DNA of 64,000 nucleotides, from the NCBI GenBank assembly GCA_001029735.1, contig CP011213.1:460613-524612 (forward strand), given 5' to 3'. This stretch comes from Berkelbacteria bacterium GW2011_GWE1_39_12 (GTDB lineage Bacteria > Patescibacteriota > UBA1384 > UBA12157). A model generated the notes under the pieces. It was not told where the DNA came from. It did not search any database and worked only from the letters and a program-made list of their open reading frames with translations. Position 1 is the stretch's first letter. Each line of letters opens with the position of its first letter. This document shows, piece by piece, positions 29,292 to 38,605 of this stretch. Position numbers and translations under genes: made by a program.

Positions 29292-30677
29292 GTGCAGATT
29301 TCGGGACTTCAAATTAGCGGAACTCGAGTTTCTTTGCTTACCTTGAAAAAACAGGGCGATGCTTTGCATGTCCTTTCTTTTGCTACGCTCGAATTAAAAG
29401 ACGGTATTATTGAAAACGGTATTTTAAAAAATCCGAGAGAACTAACCACGGCTTTAATTGCTTTAAAAAAGATGGGTAAGCCTAAAAAAATTGGCAGCAA
29501 CTATGTGGTTGTGGGTTTACCGGAGGAATTAGTTTACTTAACCGTTAAGCCTTTTCCTTCAATTGAAGAAGACGATATCAGAGATGCTTTAGAACTTAAC
29601 TTAAGGGAGTTCATGCCCGGCGATTCAGAAAAAATCTTTTGGGGTTTTCAGAGTATCAAAACCAAAGAAAATGCTGAAGTTCTCTTGGCCTCGGTTAATC
29701 ATGAAGCCTTAACCGCATATCTCAGCGTGTTTGCAAATGCCAAACTCACACCAGTGGCGGTTGAGCCATCGTCCCTGGCTTCGGCCCGCGCTTTTAAAGA
29801 AATCAGCCCATCGTTATTAGTTGATATCGATAAAAAAAATGTATTGGTTGCAGCTTTTAGCGATAAGATTGTTCGTTATAGTAACGGTTTTCCATTTGAT
29901 GGTGAGAATCTGGCTTTGACAATCAAAAAGATAATAGGTTTTTATAAATCAAAGAGAGAACTTGAATCGGTAGACATTATAATTTCCGGACGTGTGTCGG
30001 CAGACGAAATTTCCAAGCTCAATAAATATACCGGTGAAAATGTTTTAGCTGCCAAAGAAAAATTAATTTTTAAAAACGGAGAGGTTAGTTCGCCAGTCGT
30101 CCTAGGCTTAGCAATGAGAGGCTTGTTAGAGCAGAAAGACGATGAAAATCTTTCCTTATTACCCCTTGGGACAGCCGAAGGATATGAGGAAAAGAAGGCT
30201 CTGTATTCTGTTGGTGCCATCGCCAACCTTACTACCGTTGTCAGTATTCTCTTTATTGCTATTTTTATTGGCTTTATTGTCCTTTTAAATTATTTGAGTT
30301 ATTCGTCTGATCAGCAACTTTCGACTTTAAGTAGTCAAAAGATTGATCCGCAAACTACTGAAGCCCAAAAAAAGTTGGCGGCTTTGGAGCCAAAAGTTTC
30401 CTATATTAAAACTATTTCCAAGGGAGTTTCGCCCATTGGCGATAAAATTCAAGGAGTCACTTCTGCTGCTCCCGATGGAATAAATTTAAAAAGTGTAACG
30501 ATGGCCAAGGACACTTCGACTATCCAAGCGGTAGGTACTGCTCAGGATCGTGATACTTTGGGTGTCTTTAAAGATGGGTTAATAGAGAACAAGCTTTTTT
30601 CTAAAGTCGATCTTATCTCGACGAGCGTGACTGATACCTCGGTTGATTTCACCATTAACATAGCCATAAAGAAATAA
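29292..30677 (+). CDS. pilM: PilM-PilN fusion (actin-like ATPase domain + TM + periplasmic PilN-like domain)
   Basis: PilM-type N-terminus, then TM helix LTTVVSILFIAIFIGFIVLL and a C-terminal periplasmic region; GTG start. Confidence 0.7.
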   Translation: MQISGLQISGTRVSLLTLKKQGDALHVLSFATLELKDGIIENGILKNPRELTTALIALKKMGKPKKIGSNYVVVGLPEELVYLTVKPFPSIEEDDIRDALELNLREFMPGDSEKIFWGFQSIKTKENAEVLLASVNHEALTAYLSVFANAKLTPVAVEPSSLASARAFKEISPSLLVDIDKKNVLVAAFSDKIVRYSNGFPFDGENLALTIKKIIGFYKSKRELESVDIIISGRVSADEISKLNKYTGENVLAAKEKLIFKNGEVSSPVVLGLAMRGLLEQKDDENLSLLPLGTAEGYEEKKALYSVGAIANLTTVVSILFIAIFIGFIVLLNYLSYSSDQQLSTLSSQKIDPQTTEAQKKLAALEPKVSYIKTISKGVSPIGDKIQGVTSAAPDGINLKSVTMAKDTSTIQAVGTAQDRDTLGVFKDGLIENKLFSKVDLISTSVTDTSVDFTINIAIKK

Positions 30678-30678
30678 A

Positions 30679-31272
30679 ATGCAAGAAAAAAAATTACAAA
30701 TTATCGAAGACCCTAAGGTAACGATTCGAAAGGCAGTTCGTAAGACTACTGTAATTTCTCTATCGGTCATCATTATAACGATTGCCGCTATTTTTTTTCT
30801 TGTCAAAGAAATTAATAAGAAAACTTTAGCCATACAGACTAAGCAAAATTTGATTTATTCGACAAATCAAAAAGCCAATGCCAGTGCCGAATTGATGCGC
30901 CAATGGTTAGAGATTGCGCCGAATATGGAAAAAATCAACAATTCCTTACCGGCAGCCAGTAACTTATTGGATTATATGGGTGAATTAGAGAAGATTGCAT
31001 CTGAAGTCGGCGTGAGTCAGAATGTCAAAATTCAATCGGTACCTACCAATGGTGTGGTAGTAGGTTCGGTTGTACCTAAAGGCGCGAGTGTGGAATATAC
31101 TATTGAATTAAAAGGTGATTTCAACCAGTTCGATGATTACTTGTCGCGGCTGGAGAATGCGCCTTTCTACACTCAAATTACGGCTGTAAATTACATCGGT
31201 CCGGATTCGACGAGTAAAACATCAATTGGTTCTGCTACTATTGGCGCTAAGGTTTACACGTTTGGTAACTAA
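30679..31272 (+). CDS. PilO-like bitopic membrane protein
   Basis: Single N-terminal TM plus periplasmic domain, located after pilM/N. Confidence 0.45.
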   Translation: MQEKKLQIIEDPKVTIRKAVRKTTVISLSVIIITIAAIFFLVKEINKKTLAIQTKQNLIYSTNQKANASAELMRQWLEIAPNMEKINNSLPAASNLLDYMGELEKIASEVGVSQNVKIQSVPTNGVVVGSVVPKGASVEYTIELKGDFNQFDDYLSRLENAPFYTQITAVNYIGPDSTSKTSIGSATIGAKVYTFGN

Positions 31273-31284
31273 AAAGAGGTTGTT

Positions 31285-31482
31285 TTGTATATCAAAGAAA
31301 GCATTATCCGTTTAATCTATATCTTTTTGTTTATCACCTTTGCCGGATGTCTATTTTTTACGACCAGGTACTTAAGTAATGCTGGGAAAGTAGCAAATAA
31401 TCCTAGTAATGAAGTAATTAGCGCTAATGCAAACAGTGTCGATCAAAAAACGCTCGAACAGATACTAATAAAAGTCCAATAA
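31285..31482 (+). CDS. small membrane protein (65 aa)
   Basis: ORF with one TM segment; TTG/ATG start uncertain. Confidence 0.25.
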   Translation: MYIKESIIRLIYIFLFITFAGCLFFTTRYLSNAGKVANNPSNEVISANANSVDQKTLEQILIKVQ

Positions 31483-31513
31483 GATTTGACTCTTAGAGGG
31501 AAAGCACCTTACA

Positions 31514-32236
31514 ATGGGCTTGTCACTATTTTTTGATAACGAACTAAACCTGGAGCGAAATTTGTCAGACTTTAAGAGAAGAAAAATTAGTTTTGAAAAA
31601 AACCTTGGCGAAATTTTAAAATCTGCTCGTAAGAAAAAAGAAATTACTTTAGACCAAGCTGAGGAAGAAACAAAAGTTCGAGTTAAATATTTGAAGGCAC
31701 TGGAAGAGGGCCGCTATGAAGCGCTGCCTGGGAATGTTTATGCCTTGGGATTTCTCTCTAAATATGTTGATTTTTTAGAGCTAAACAAAGAAGATTTAAT
31801 GCGCCGTTTCCGCTTGGAGCGAGGCGAATCTCAATACGACGACTTTCATTCTAAATTAATGCCAGAGCGGCGAATTAAAGAACCTTTACTATATTTGACG
31901 CCAAAAGTGGTGGTTGTGGTGTCAGTTATTTTGGTTTTAGCCGGACTTTTGGGGTATATTATTTATAGTGTTAGAGCGTTTACAACTCCGCCGAACCTAC
32001 TGGTTTCGTCGCCATCCTCAGAGCAGGTTTTAACCAGAAGCACAGTGGATATTATTGGTAAAACAGACGAAGGCGTGACATTATTAATTAACGATCAAAC
32101 AGTTTTGCTTGATGATCGAGGAAATTTTACGCAACAAGTAAAATTAAATCCTGGCCTTAATACTTTTGAGGTAAAGGCGATTAGTCGGTTGAAAAAAGAG
32201 AAAGTGGTTCAAGTCAAAATTTTAGCACAATTTTAA
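31514..32236 (+). CDS. RodZ-like protein (N-terminal XRE-type HTH, TM, C-terminal domain)
   Basis: LGEILKSARKKKEITLDQAEEETKVRVKYLKALEEG HTH followed by a TM helix. Confidence 0.55.
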   Translation: MGLSLFFDNELNLERNLSDFKRRKISFEKNLGEILKSARKKKEITLDQAEEETKVRVKYLKALEEGRYEALPGNVYALGFLSKYVDFLELNKEDLMRRFRLERGESQYDDFHSKLMPERRIKEPLLYLTPKVVVVVSVILVLAGLLGYIIYSVRAFTTPPNLLVSSPSSEQVLTRSTVDIIGKTDEGVTLLINDQTVLLDDRGNFTQQVKLNPGLNTFEVKAISRLKKEKVVQVKILAQF

Positions 32237-32264
32237 ATAATTAAGGGGCAACGGAGAAAATATG

Positions 32265-32294
32265 GCCAAGCCAAAAGCTTGTCGCGGAATTTTC
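32265..32294 (+). promoter_or_regulatory. CCAAGC-hairpin/TTGTCGCGGAATTTT box upstream of recA
   Basis: GCCAAGCCAAAAGCTTGTCGCGGAATTTTC; flanked by duplicated GGAGAAAATATGGC (32253-32266 and 32302-32315). Confidence 0.55.
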
Positions 32295-32310
32295 TCCAAA
32301 AGGAGAAAAT

Positions 32311-33456
32311 ATGGCAAATGGTGAAGACAAGGCAAAAAAAGAAGCATTAGAAATGGCTTTTTCGCAGATTGAGCGTCAGTTTGGCACTGGTGCCATTATG
32401 CGATTCGGTCAAAAAGAGAAGTTAAAAATCGATGCGATTTCGACTGGTTCGGTTTCTTTGGATTTAGCTTTAGGGGTTGGCGGTTTTCCTCGCGGCCGTA
32501 TCATTGAAATTTATGGTCCTGAAGCTTCGGGTAAAACTACTTTGGCTTTGCATGCGATCGCCGAAGCTCAGAAAAAAGGTGGCATCGCCGCTTTTGTCGA
32601 CGCTGAACATGCTTTTGATCCTGAATATGCCGCCAGAATTGGCATTAATACCGAAGAATTATTAATTTCTCAGCCGGACACAGGGGAGCAAGCATTAGAA
32701 ATTACCGAAACCTTAGTTCGCTCAAATGCTTTGGACATAATTGTCGTTGACTCTGTTGCCGCTTTGGTGCCACGCGCAGAAATCGAAGGCGAAATGGGCG
32801 ATTCAATGATGGGTGTCCAGGCAAGATTGATGAGCCAAGCTCTTCGCAAGCTTACTGGTGCCATTTCCAAAAGTAAAACCATTGTTATTTTTATTAACCA
32901 GATTCGTATGAAAATCGGCGTAATGTTTGGTAACCCTGAAACCACTGCTGGTGGTATGGCTTTGAAGTTTTATTCATCAATTAGATTAGATATTCGCCGC
33001 ACCGAGCAACTGAAAAATGGTGAAGAAATTGTTGGAAACCACACGAAAGTAAAAATTGTGAAGAATAAAGTGGCTCCACCATTCCGTATCGCTGAATTTG
33101 ATATTATGTATGGTGAAGGTATTTCCAAAACTGGTGAATTGCTGGATATCGGTGTTAAAGAAGGCATTGTCAGTAAAGCCGGTTCTTGGTATCAATTTGG
33201 CACAGAAAAACTTGGCCAAGGCAGAGAAGGCGCGAAGGAATATTTAGCTGATCACCATAAAATTGCCAAAGAAATTGAAGAATTAATTTTTGAAAAGATC
33301 GAAAAAGAAGAATCGGACGATAAGCAGGAAAAACAGGACAAGCAAGAAAAAAGAGAGAAACAGGACAAAGAGGAGAATAAGTCGGATAAATCCGAAAAGC
33401 AAGAAAAAGTTGAAAAAGCCGAGAAACCTGTTAAGGCAGAAAAAGTCGAAGAATAA
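32311..33456 (+). CDS. recA: recombinase RecA with low-complexity KQEK/DK C-terminal tail
   Basis: GPEASGKTT Walker A and full RecA core; about 45-aa repetitive Lys/Glu/Asp/Gln tail. Confidence 0.95.
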   Translation: MANGEDKAKKEALEMAFSQIERQFGTGAIMRFGQKEKLKIDAISTGSVSLDLALGVGGFPRGRIIEIYGPEASGKTTLALHAIAEAQKKGGIAAFVDAEHAFDPEYAARIGINTEELLISQPDTGEQALEITETLVRSNALDIIVVDSVAALVPRAEIEGEMGDSMMGVQARLMSQALRKLTGAISKSKTIVIFINQIRMKIGVMFGNPETTAGGMALKFYSSIRLDIRRTEQLKNGEEIVGNHTKVKIVKNKVAPPFRIAEFDIMYGEGISKTGELLDIGVKEGIVSKAGSWYQFGTEKLGQGREGAKEYLADHHKIAKEIEELIFEKIEKEESDDKQEKQDKQEKREKQDKEENKSDKSEKQEKVEKAEKPVKAEKVEE

Positions 33457-33483
33457 TGCTTTTTAACTAATTCGGAAATAATT

Positions 33484-33912
33484 ATGCACGATCCTGGCAG
33501 CACGCTGAAGATCGCTCTAACTTTTTTAAAGTTCCGGCCACGGACGGTTTTTGAGTTAACTGAAAAGTTAAAGAGCAAAAACATTTCACAGGAAGAAATC
33601 GATAAAACACTTGAAGTCTTAACAAGAAATAAATTGTTAGGAGACGCAGAATTTGCTAAGATGTGGGTAAGGGATAGAAATCTGTTTAAGCCATCAGGGT
33701 CCTTTGTTTTGAAGTTGGAACTCAGAAAGCTGGGTGTATCAGATGAAGATATTGAGACGGCTTTAGAAAACCAAGATGAAGAAGCACTGGCAAGAAAGGC
33801 TTTGGAATCTAAATCCCGATATCGTAATGCGGAATTTAATAAACAGGCACAGTTTCTTCAGCGCAGAGGTTTTAATCCCGGCATTATCTTTAAAATTTTG
33901 AAAAAAAATTAA
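33484..33912 (+). CDS. recX: regulatory protein RecX
   Basis: 142 aa; RecX-like helical repeats; immediately after recA. Confidence 0.75.
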   Translation: MHDPGSTLKIALTFLKFRPRTVFELTEKLKSKNISQEEIDKTLEVLTRNKLLGDAEFAKMWVRDRNLFKPSGSFVLKLELRKLGVSDEDIETALENQDEEALARKALESKSRYRNAEFNKQAQFLQRRGFNPGIIFKILKKN

Positions 33913-33928
33913 AAAAGCAGGAGGGGCT

Positions 33929-36265
33929 TTGAGTAAAAATATACTTTGGTTCAAGGAAGTTACTAAGGACGATATCGGTCTTGTCGGTGGTAAAGGTGCG
34001 AACTTGGGCGAACTCACACGTGCTGGGCTGCCAGTGCCTCCTGGATTTATCGTAACGGCGCAGGCTTATTTTGATTTTGTGAAAGCCACTGGACTCGATC
34101 AAGATATCAAAAAACTATTAACTGGAATCGATCCGGAAAATAGCAAAGTCTTGCACGAAATTGCCACAAAGTTACAAAAAGATATTATCAGCAAGCCAAT
34201 GCCGACTGATTTAAGTAAAGAAATTATTCACAGTTACCAAGAACTCTACACTAAGGGCGCTTCAAGTATTTTTGTAGCCGTCCGTTCTTCTGCTACCGCG
34301 GAAGATCTACCTGGAGCGTCATTTGCTGGTCAGCAAGCCACCTTTTTAAATACTTCAGGTTCTGACGAAGTGGTTAAAGCTGTTAGAAAATGTTGGGCTT
34401 CACTTTTTGAAGCCAGAGCAATTTATTATCGCGCAATTAACAAATTTGATCATATGAAGGTTGGAATTGCCGTGCCAGTACAAAAGATGATTCAATCTGA
34501 GAAATCAGGCATTATGTTTACATTGGATCCGATGACTAACGATGAATCTCGTATTGTGATCGAGGCTGGCTGGGGGCTAGGCGAGGCCATCGTTAGTGGC
34601 TCGGTGACGCCTGACCATTATGTTGTTTCGAAAAGCGATATGAAGATATTAGAAAAGAAAGTTGAAAAGCAGACTTGGAAGATCGCCAAAGTTGGAAATG
34701 GGGATAAGCATGTGACGATTGATAAGAAGGAACAAGAAATACAGAAACTAACAGATGAAGAAATTGTCGAAGTGGCAAAGATGGGAAAAGAAATAGAAGA
34801 ACACTATAAGTTTCCTCAAGATACAGAATGGGCCGTTGAAAATGGCAAAATTTATTTTGTCCAATCAAGACCGATTACAACGATTGATATTAAAAAACCT
34901 GACAACGATAAGCCTACAGATGGAAAAGGAGACGCCAATGATGTCTCAAAAGCCGAAGTGATTTTGAAAGGTGCCGCCGCTTCTCTTGGCTTGGCATCTG
35001 GTCCGGTGATAAAATTGCAAAATCCGTCTGAAACCGATCGAGTTAAAAAAGGCGACGTGTTAGTGACAGAGATGACTACGCCCGACTATGTGCCGGCCAT
35101 GAAAAAAGCTTCTGCAATTGTCACTGATACTGGGGGTCAAACCTCTCATGCTGCCATTGTTAGCCGCGAACTCGGTATTCCTTGTGTTGTTGGGACTGGT
35201 ACGGCAACCCATGTCTTAAAAGATGGCCAGATAATTTCTGTCGATGGTGCCAAAGGTGTGGTTTATAAAGGTAAAATAACGAGAACCGAGGCACCTGGAA
35301 CTGAAAATGCTGTCGCTGGAACACATCCAGTTTCTGGCTCAATGGTGACGGAAGTGCCGGTGACGGCAACAAAAGTCTATGTTAACTTGGGCGAACCATC
35401 AGCGGCGGAAAGAGTGGCTCAGCTACCTTGCGATGGAGTGGGACTACTTCGCGCCGAATTTATGATCGCTGAAATTGGCGAACACCCAAGAGCCTTGGTA
35501 AATGCCGGCAAAGCTGATTTTTATGTCGATAAACTGGCCGAAGGCATGCGCACAATTAGCCAGGCTTTTCATCCTCGACCGGTGATTTATCGCGCGACAG
35601 ACTTCAAAACTAATGAATATAGAAATCTTAAAGGTGGCGAAAATATTGAGCCGCAAGAAAATAATCCAATGATTGGTTATCGTGGGGCTTCTCGCTATAT
35701 TAAAGAACCAGACCTATTCAAGCTTGAATTAGAAGCGATGAAGAGGGTGCGAAATAAATATGACCTGAAAAATCTTTGGATCATGATTCCGTTTGTTCGA
35801 ACAGTCGAAGAACTTGAAAAAGTTAAGGCGATGATCGAAGAAGCGGGCTTAGAACGCAGCAATGATTTCAAAATCTGGATGATGGCCGAAATTCCATCAA
35901 ATGTCATCTTGATGGATCGATTCCTAAATGTTGGTGTTGATGGAGTTTCAATCGGATCAAATGACTTAACTCAGCTCACTTTAGGTATTGATCGAGATAA
36001 CGAGCACATGGCTGAAGAATTTGACGAAAGAGATCATGCTGTCGAACTTTCAATTGCTCATATTATTAAGACTTGCCGTAAACATCACGTAACTTGTTCG
36101 ATTTGCGGCCAAGCGGCCACGACTTATCCGGAAATCGCTGAATTGATGGTAAGAGAGGGTGCAACTTCTGTTTCAGTTTCACCAGATTCGGTCGTTGCTA
36201 CTCGCCGTTTAATTGCCTCTGTTGAAACCAAAATATTGCTAAACAAGATTGTCGACGACAACTAG
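33929..36265 (+). CDS. ppsA: phosphoenolpyruvate synthase (pyruvate, water dikinase)
   Basis: 778 aa; ATP-grasp N-terminus, phosphohistidine motif TGGQTSHAAIVSRELGIPCVVG, PEP-utilising TIM-barrel C-terminus. Confidence 0.8.
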   Translation: MSKNILWFKEVTKDDIGLVGGKGANLGELTRAGLPVPPGFIVTAQAYFDFVKATGLDQDIKKLLTGIDPENSKVLHEIATKLQKDIISKPMPTDLSKEIIHSYQELYTKGASSIFVAVRSSATAEDLPGASFAGQQATFLNTSGSDEVVKAVRKCWASLFEARAIYYRAINKFDHMKVGIAVPVQKMIQSEKSGIMFTLDPMTNDESRIVIEAGWGLGEAIVSGSVTPDHYVVSKSDMKILEKKVEKQTWKIAKVGNGDKHVTIDKKEQEIQKLTDEEIVEVAKMGKEIEEHYKFPQDTEWAVENGKIYFVQSRPITTIDIKKPDNDKPTDGKGDANDVSKAEVILKGAAASLGLASGPVIKLQNPSETDRVKKGDVLVTEMTTPDYVPAMKKASAIVTDTGGQTSHAAIVSRELGIPCVVGTGTATHVLKDGQIISVDGAKGVVYKGKITRTEAPGTENAVAGTHPVSGSMVTEVPVTATKVYVNLGEPSAAERVAQLPCDGVGLLRAEFMIAEIGEHPRALVNAGKADFYVDKLAEGMRTISQAFHPRPVIYRATDFKTNEYRNLKGGENIEPQENNPMIGYRGASRYIKEPDLFKLELEAMKRVRNKYDLKNLWIMIPFVRTVEELEKVKAMIEEAGLERSNDFKIWMMAEIPSNVILMDRFLNVGVDGVSIGSNDLTQLTLGIDRDNEHMAEEFDERDHAVELSIAHIIKTCRKHHVTCSICGQAATTYPEIAELMVREGATSVSVSPDSVVATRRLIASVETKILLNKIVDDN

Positions 36266-36285
36266 CCGGTTAAGAGTATTTACTC

Positions 36286-36314
36286 TTGACAAACGCTGCA
36301 ATTTGTCGTATGCT
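36286..36314 (+). promoter_or_regulatory. promoter TTGACA-N17-TATGCT
   Basis: Consensus -35 with 17-nt spacing; drives a short transcript ending at the 36648 terminator. Confidence 0.5.
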
Positions 36315-36437
36315 GACAATACCTTTTAATGGAAGGTGGTGATAGCCTGGTGCTGTTTAACAGTTCGTGAAGGTTTTTTCGTTTTCAAAGATGGTAACCA
36401 TGGCTTAACAGAACATCAAGAAGACGAAGGAGAGAAA

Positions 36438-36629
36438 ATGGGAGCACTTAGTGCGCATGATCGTAAGGTGATTCGTAAGGCCGATGATCCTTCTGCTCGC
36501 CCTGGATTACGAGAAAAAGCCAGTGAGATAGTCACCTCCAAAGCAATCGGTAGCGGGTCTACTGGCCGCCGCCGTAATAACAATTCACGTTCTGAAACTC
36601 ATCGCGTTTCGCGCGCAAGATGCTGATCT
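36438..36629 (+). CDS. small basic hypothetical protein (63 aa)
   Basis: GAAGGAGAGAAA RBS, Arg/Lys-rich; could instead be part of an unannotated small RNA. Confidence 0.25.
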
Positions 36630-36647
36630 TGCATTCGTTGTTTTTGT

Positions 36648-36672
36648 AACCGCCCACCCGGGCGGTTTTTTC
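36648..36672 (+). terminator. rho-independent terminator
   Basis: CCGCCC...GGGCGG stem plus TTTTTT. Confidence 0.7.
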
Positions 36673-36712
36673 TTTTCTTTCAGGAGGAAATTTGGTAGAA
36701 TAAAAAAGTATT

Positions 36713-36802
36713 GGAGAGGTCGCATAGTGGCCTAGTGCGCGCGCTTGGAAAGCGCGTAAGTCCGCAAGGGCTTCGAGAGTTCGAATCTCTCCCTCTCCGC
36801 CA
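36713..36802 (+). tRNA. tRNA-Ser (anticodon GGA)
   Basis: Cloverleaf read by eye: acceptor GGAGAGG/CCTCTCC, anticodon loop TTGGAAA, long variable arm, T-loop GTTCGAATC, encoded CCA. Confidence 0.85.
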
Positions 36803-36826
36803 AGAATAGCATGGAGACATAATATT

Positions 36827-37342
36827 ATGGTTAGAGGACCAAAATTAATCGTGCTCCGCGGGCCATCGGGATCAGGTAAAAGTACCGTAGCAAAAATCAT
36901 TTTCAAGGAAGCCCAGCATAAGACTGTATTGATTGAGCAAGACTATTATCGTTTTATCTTTAATCCACCAGGCGGTGACATGAAACCAAATACAGGCACA
37001 ATCCATCGGTTAATACTACACAATACATTGGAAGCGCTCAAGGATGGTTACGACGTTATCCTGGAAGGAATTTTGAGCGTAAAATCATATAATGGGATTC
37101 TGGAAGAAATCTTTCGCCAACATCCGCAGGATAATTACATCTTTTATTTTGATATAAGTTTGGAGGAAACGATAAGGCGTCATACCACACGGCCAGACAA
37201 GACTTTAATGTTTGGCGAAGAGGAGATGCGCAAATGGTATCCTAGAGCACATAAATCCAATCATGAGTTAGAGCAGATTATCCCGGAACAGTATTCAGTA
37301 AAAGAAACCGTAAAATATATTAAACAAACAGCCGGGTTGTAG
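36827..37342 (+). CDS. P-loop kinase (AAA_33/zeta-toxin-like)
   Basis: Walker A GPSGSGKST at N-terminus; 171 aa. Confidence 0.5.
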   Translation: MVRGPKLIVLRGPSGSGKSTVAKIIFKEAQHKTVLIEQDYYRFIFNPPGGDMKPNTGTIHRLILHNTLEALKDGYDVILEGILSVKSYNGILEEIFRQHPQDNYIFYFDISLEETIRRHTTRPDKTLMFGEEEMRKWYPRAHKSNHELEQIIPEQYSVKETVKYIKQTAGL

Positions 37343-37384
37343 ATCAGATTGCCTTGCCAAAGTTAATATTTTCAAGGAGTAATC

Positions 37385-38437
37385 TTGAGTGAATTTTCAC
37401 CCTTTAGCCAAGATCCTGAAGTTTTAGCTAGTATGCCTTTAACCGCAGACCTTGTGGAACATTCTGCTGAAGAAGAGAAAAAAGCTCCTTTGGAAAAGTA
37501 TCTAAATAGCGAAATTGTAAGTAAACTTACAAACCTATTTGATGAATTAGCAAAAAAATATGAAGATATGAGCTACGATTCAACTGACGGCTTAGATTTT
37601 GCCGATGAATTAAGTACTAGAGCAGAAGAAATATTTGCCTCTCAGAAAAATGAAGTAAGCGAAAGCGTTAAATTCTCATTTGGAAAAATGGGCGAAGTTC
37701 TTGAAGAGGATTTGGCCTTTTCACTTGACGAAGAAAGAGCTTCCGGCGGTTTTGTCTCAGAAAAAGAAGAAAAAATTTTAGAATGGTTCGATAATAATAG
37801 CCAAAAAGAAATGCTTCACGACATGGTTAAATGGCAGCAAGAAGCTATGAAAATGACACAATGGCTTTCAATGCTTGAAGGTGGAGATGTCTTAATCAAT
37901 CAATTTTATGAGCGTTGGCGCCAATTTGCCGGAAAAAGGCTTGGTGCTGAAGGGGCTGAATCAATTGTGCGAGGAATAACCGGCCCGCTTTTATTTTCAA
38001 AATTATGCGATGAGGCCGGCTACGACGTCTTTTTGCCAGATGTGGTTTGGGATCGTGATGAAAAAATTGATTTTTTAATTAAGGATAAAAGTTCTCAGGA
38101 TATGGTTTATGCCACACAGATGAAGTCAAAAAAAGCCGGTAATTTGGGCGTAAGAATCGAGGGTAGTAACGATCAGAGTGATCTTCAAGGAAAAGCGCTG
38201 AAGGAGAAAGAGAGTCTAGAAAAAAGTGTTGGAAAATTTGACCGTATATGGAGCGGTAAATATGGTATCAGAATGAAACCTTTGTTTGTCACGGTAGATG
38301 GTTTAATCGAAAGTCAATATGATTTAGGAACTGGTGAAATGGTTGATAAGAAATTAAAGTCTCAACTAATCGAAAATATTAAGCAATCACTTGCTAACCA
38401 AATAGGCTCAGAAGAGCAATTAGCGCAAGCTGCGTAA
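37385..38437 (+). CDS. hypothetical acidic protein (350 aa)
   Basis: ORF with AAGGAG RBS; no recognised domain. Confidence 0.35.
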   Translation: MSEFSPFSQDPEVLASMPLTADLVEHSAEEEKKAPLEKYLNSEIVSKLTNLFDELAKKYEDMSYDSTDGLDFADELSTRAEEIFASQKNEVSESVKFSFGKMGEVLEEDLAFSLDEERASGGFVSEKEEKILEWFDNNSQKEMLHDMVKWQQEAMKMTQWLSMLEGGDVLINQFYERWRQFAGKRLGAEGAESIVRGITGPLLFSKLCDEAGYDVFLPDVVWDRDEKIDFLIKDKSSQDMVYATQMKSKKAGNLGVRIEGSNDQSDLQGKALKEKESLEKSVGKFDRIWSGKYGIRMKPLFVTVDGLIESQYDLGTGEMVDKKLKSQLIENIKQSLANQIGSEEQLAQAA

Positions 38438-38445
38438 GGAGAAAA

Positions 38446-38604
38446 ATGTCAGAAAACGAAAATTTACCAACCCCCGATGAATTAATGAATCCGCAAAGCA
38501 AAGTTATTAAAAAGGAACTGCCTTCTGTTGAAGAAAAGAAACCTGGAATTGAAGAAGAGTTGCCGGAAGATTTAGCAGAAAATAAAAAAGAAGAAGGACA
38601 ATAA
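38446..38604 (+). CDS. small acidic ORF (52 aa) immediately upstream of the ABC permease
   Basis: AAGGAGAAAA RBS; Glu/Lys/Pro-rich. Confidence 0.2.
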   Translation: MSENENLPTPDELMNPQSKVIKKELPSVEEKKPGIEEELPEDLAENKKEEGQ

Positions 38605-38605
38605 A

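Noticed and set aside
36330-36420. Sequence CCTGGTGCTGTTTAACAG resembling the SRP RNA helix-8 motif (GGUGCUGUUUACC)
   Set aside because: The downstream conserved SRP elements (AGGUCAGG..GGAAG..AGCAGCC) are absent.
36559-36906. 115-aa minus-strand ORF
   Set aside because: It overlaps tRNA-Ser and the start of the P-loop kinase gene, so it is spurious.
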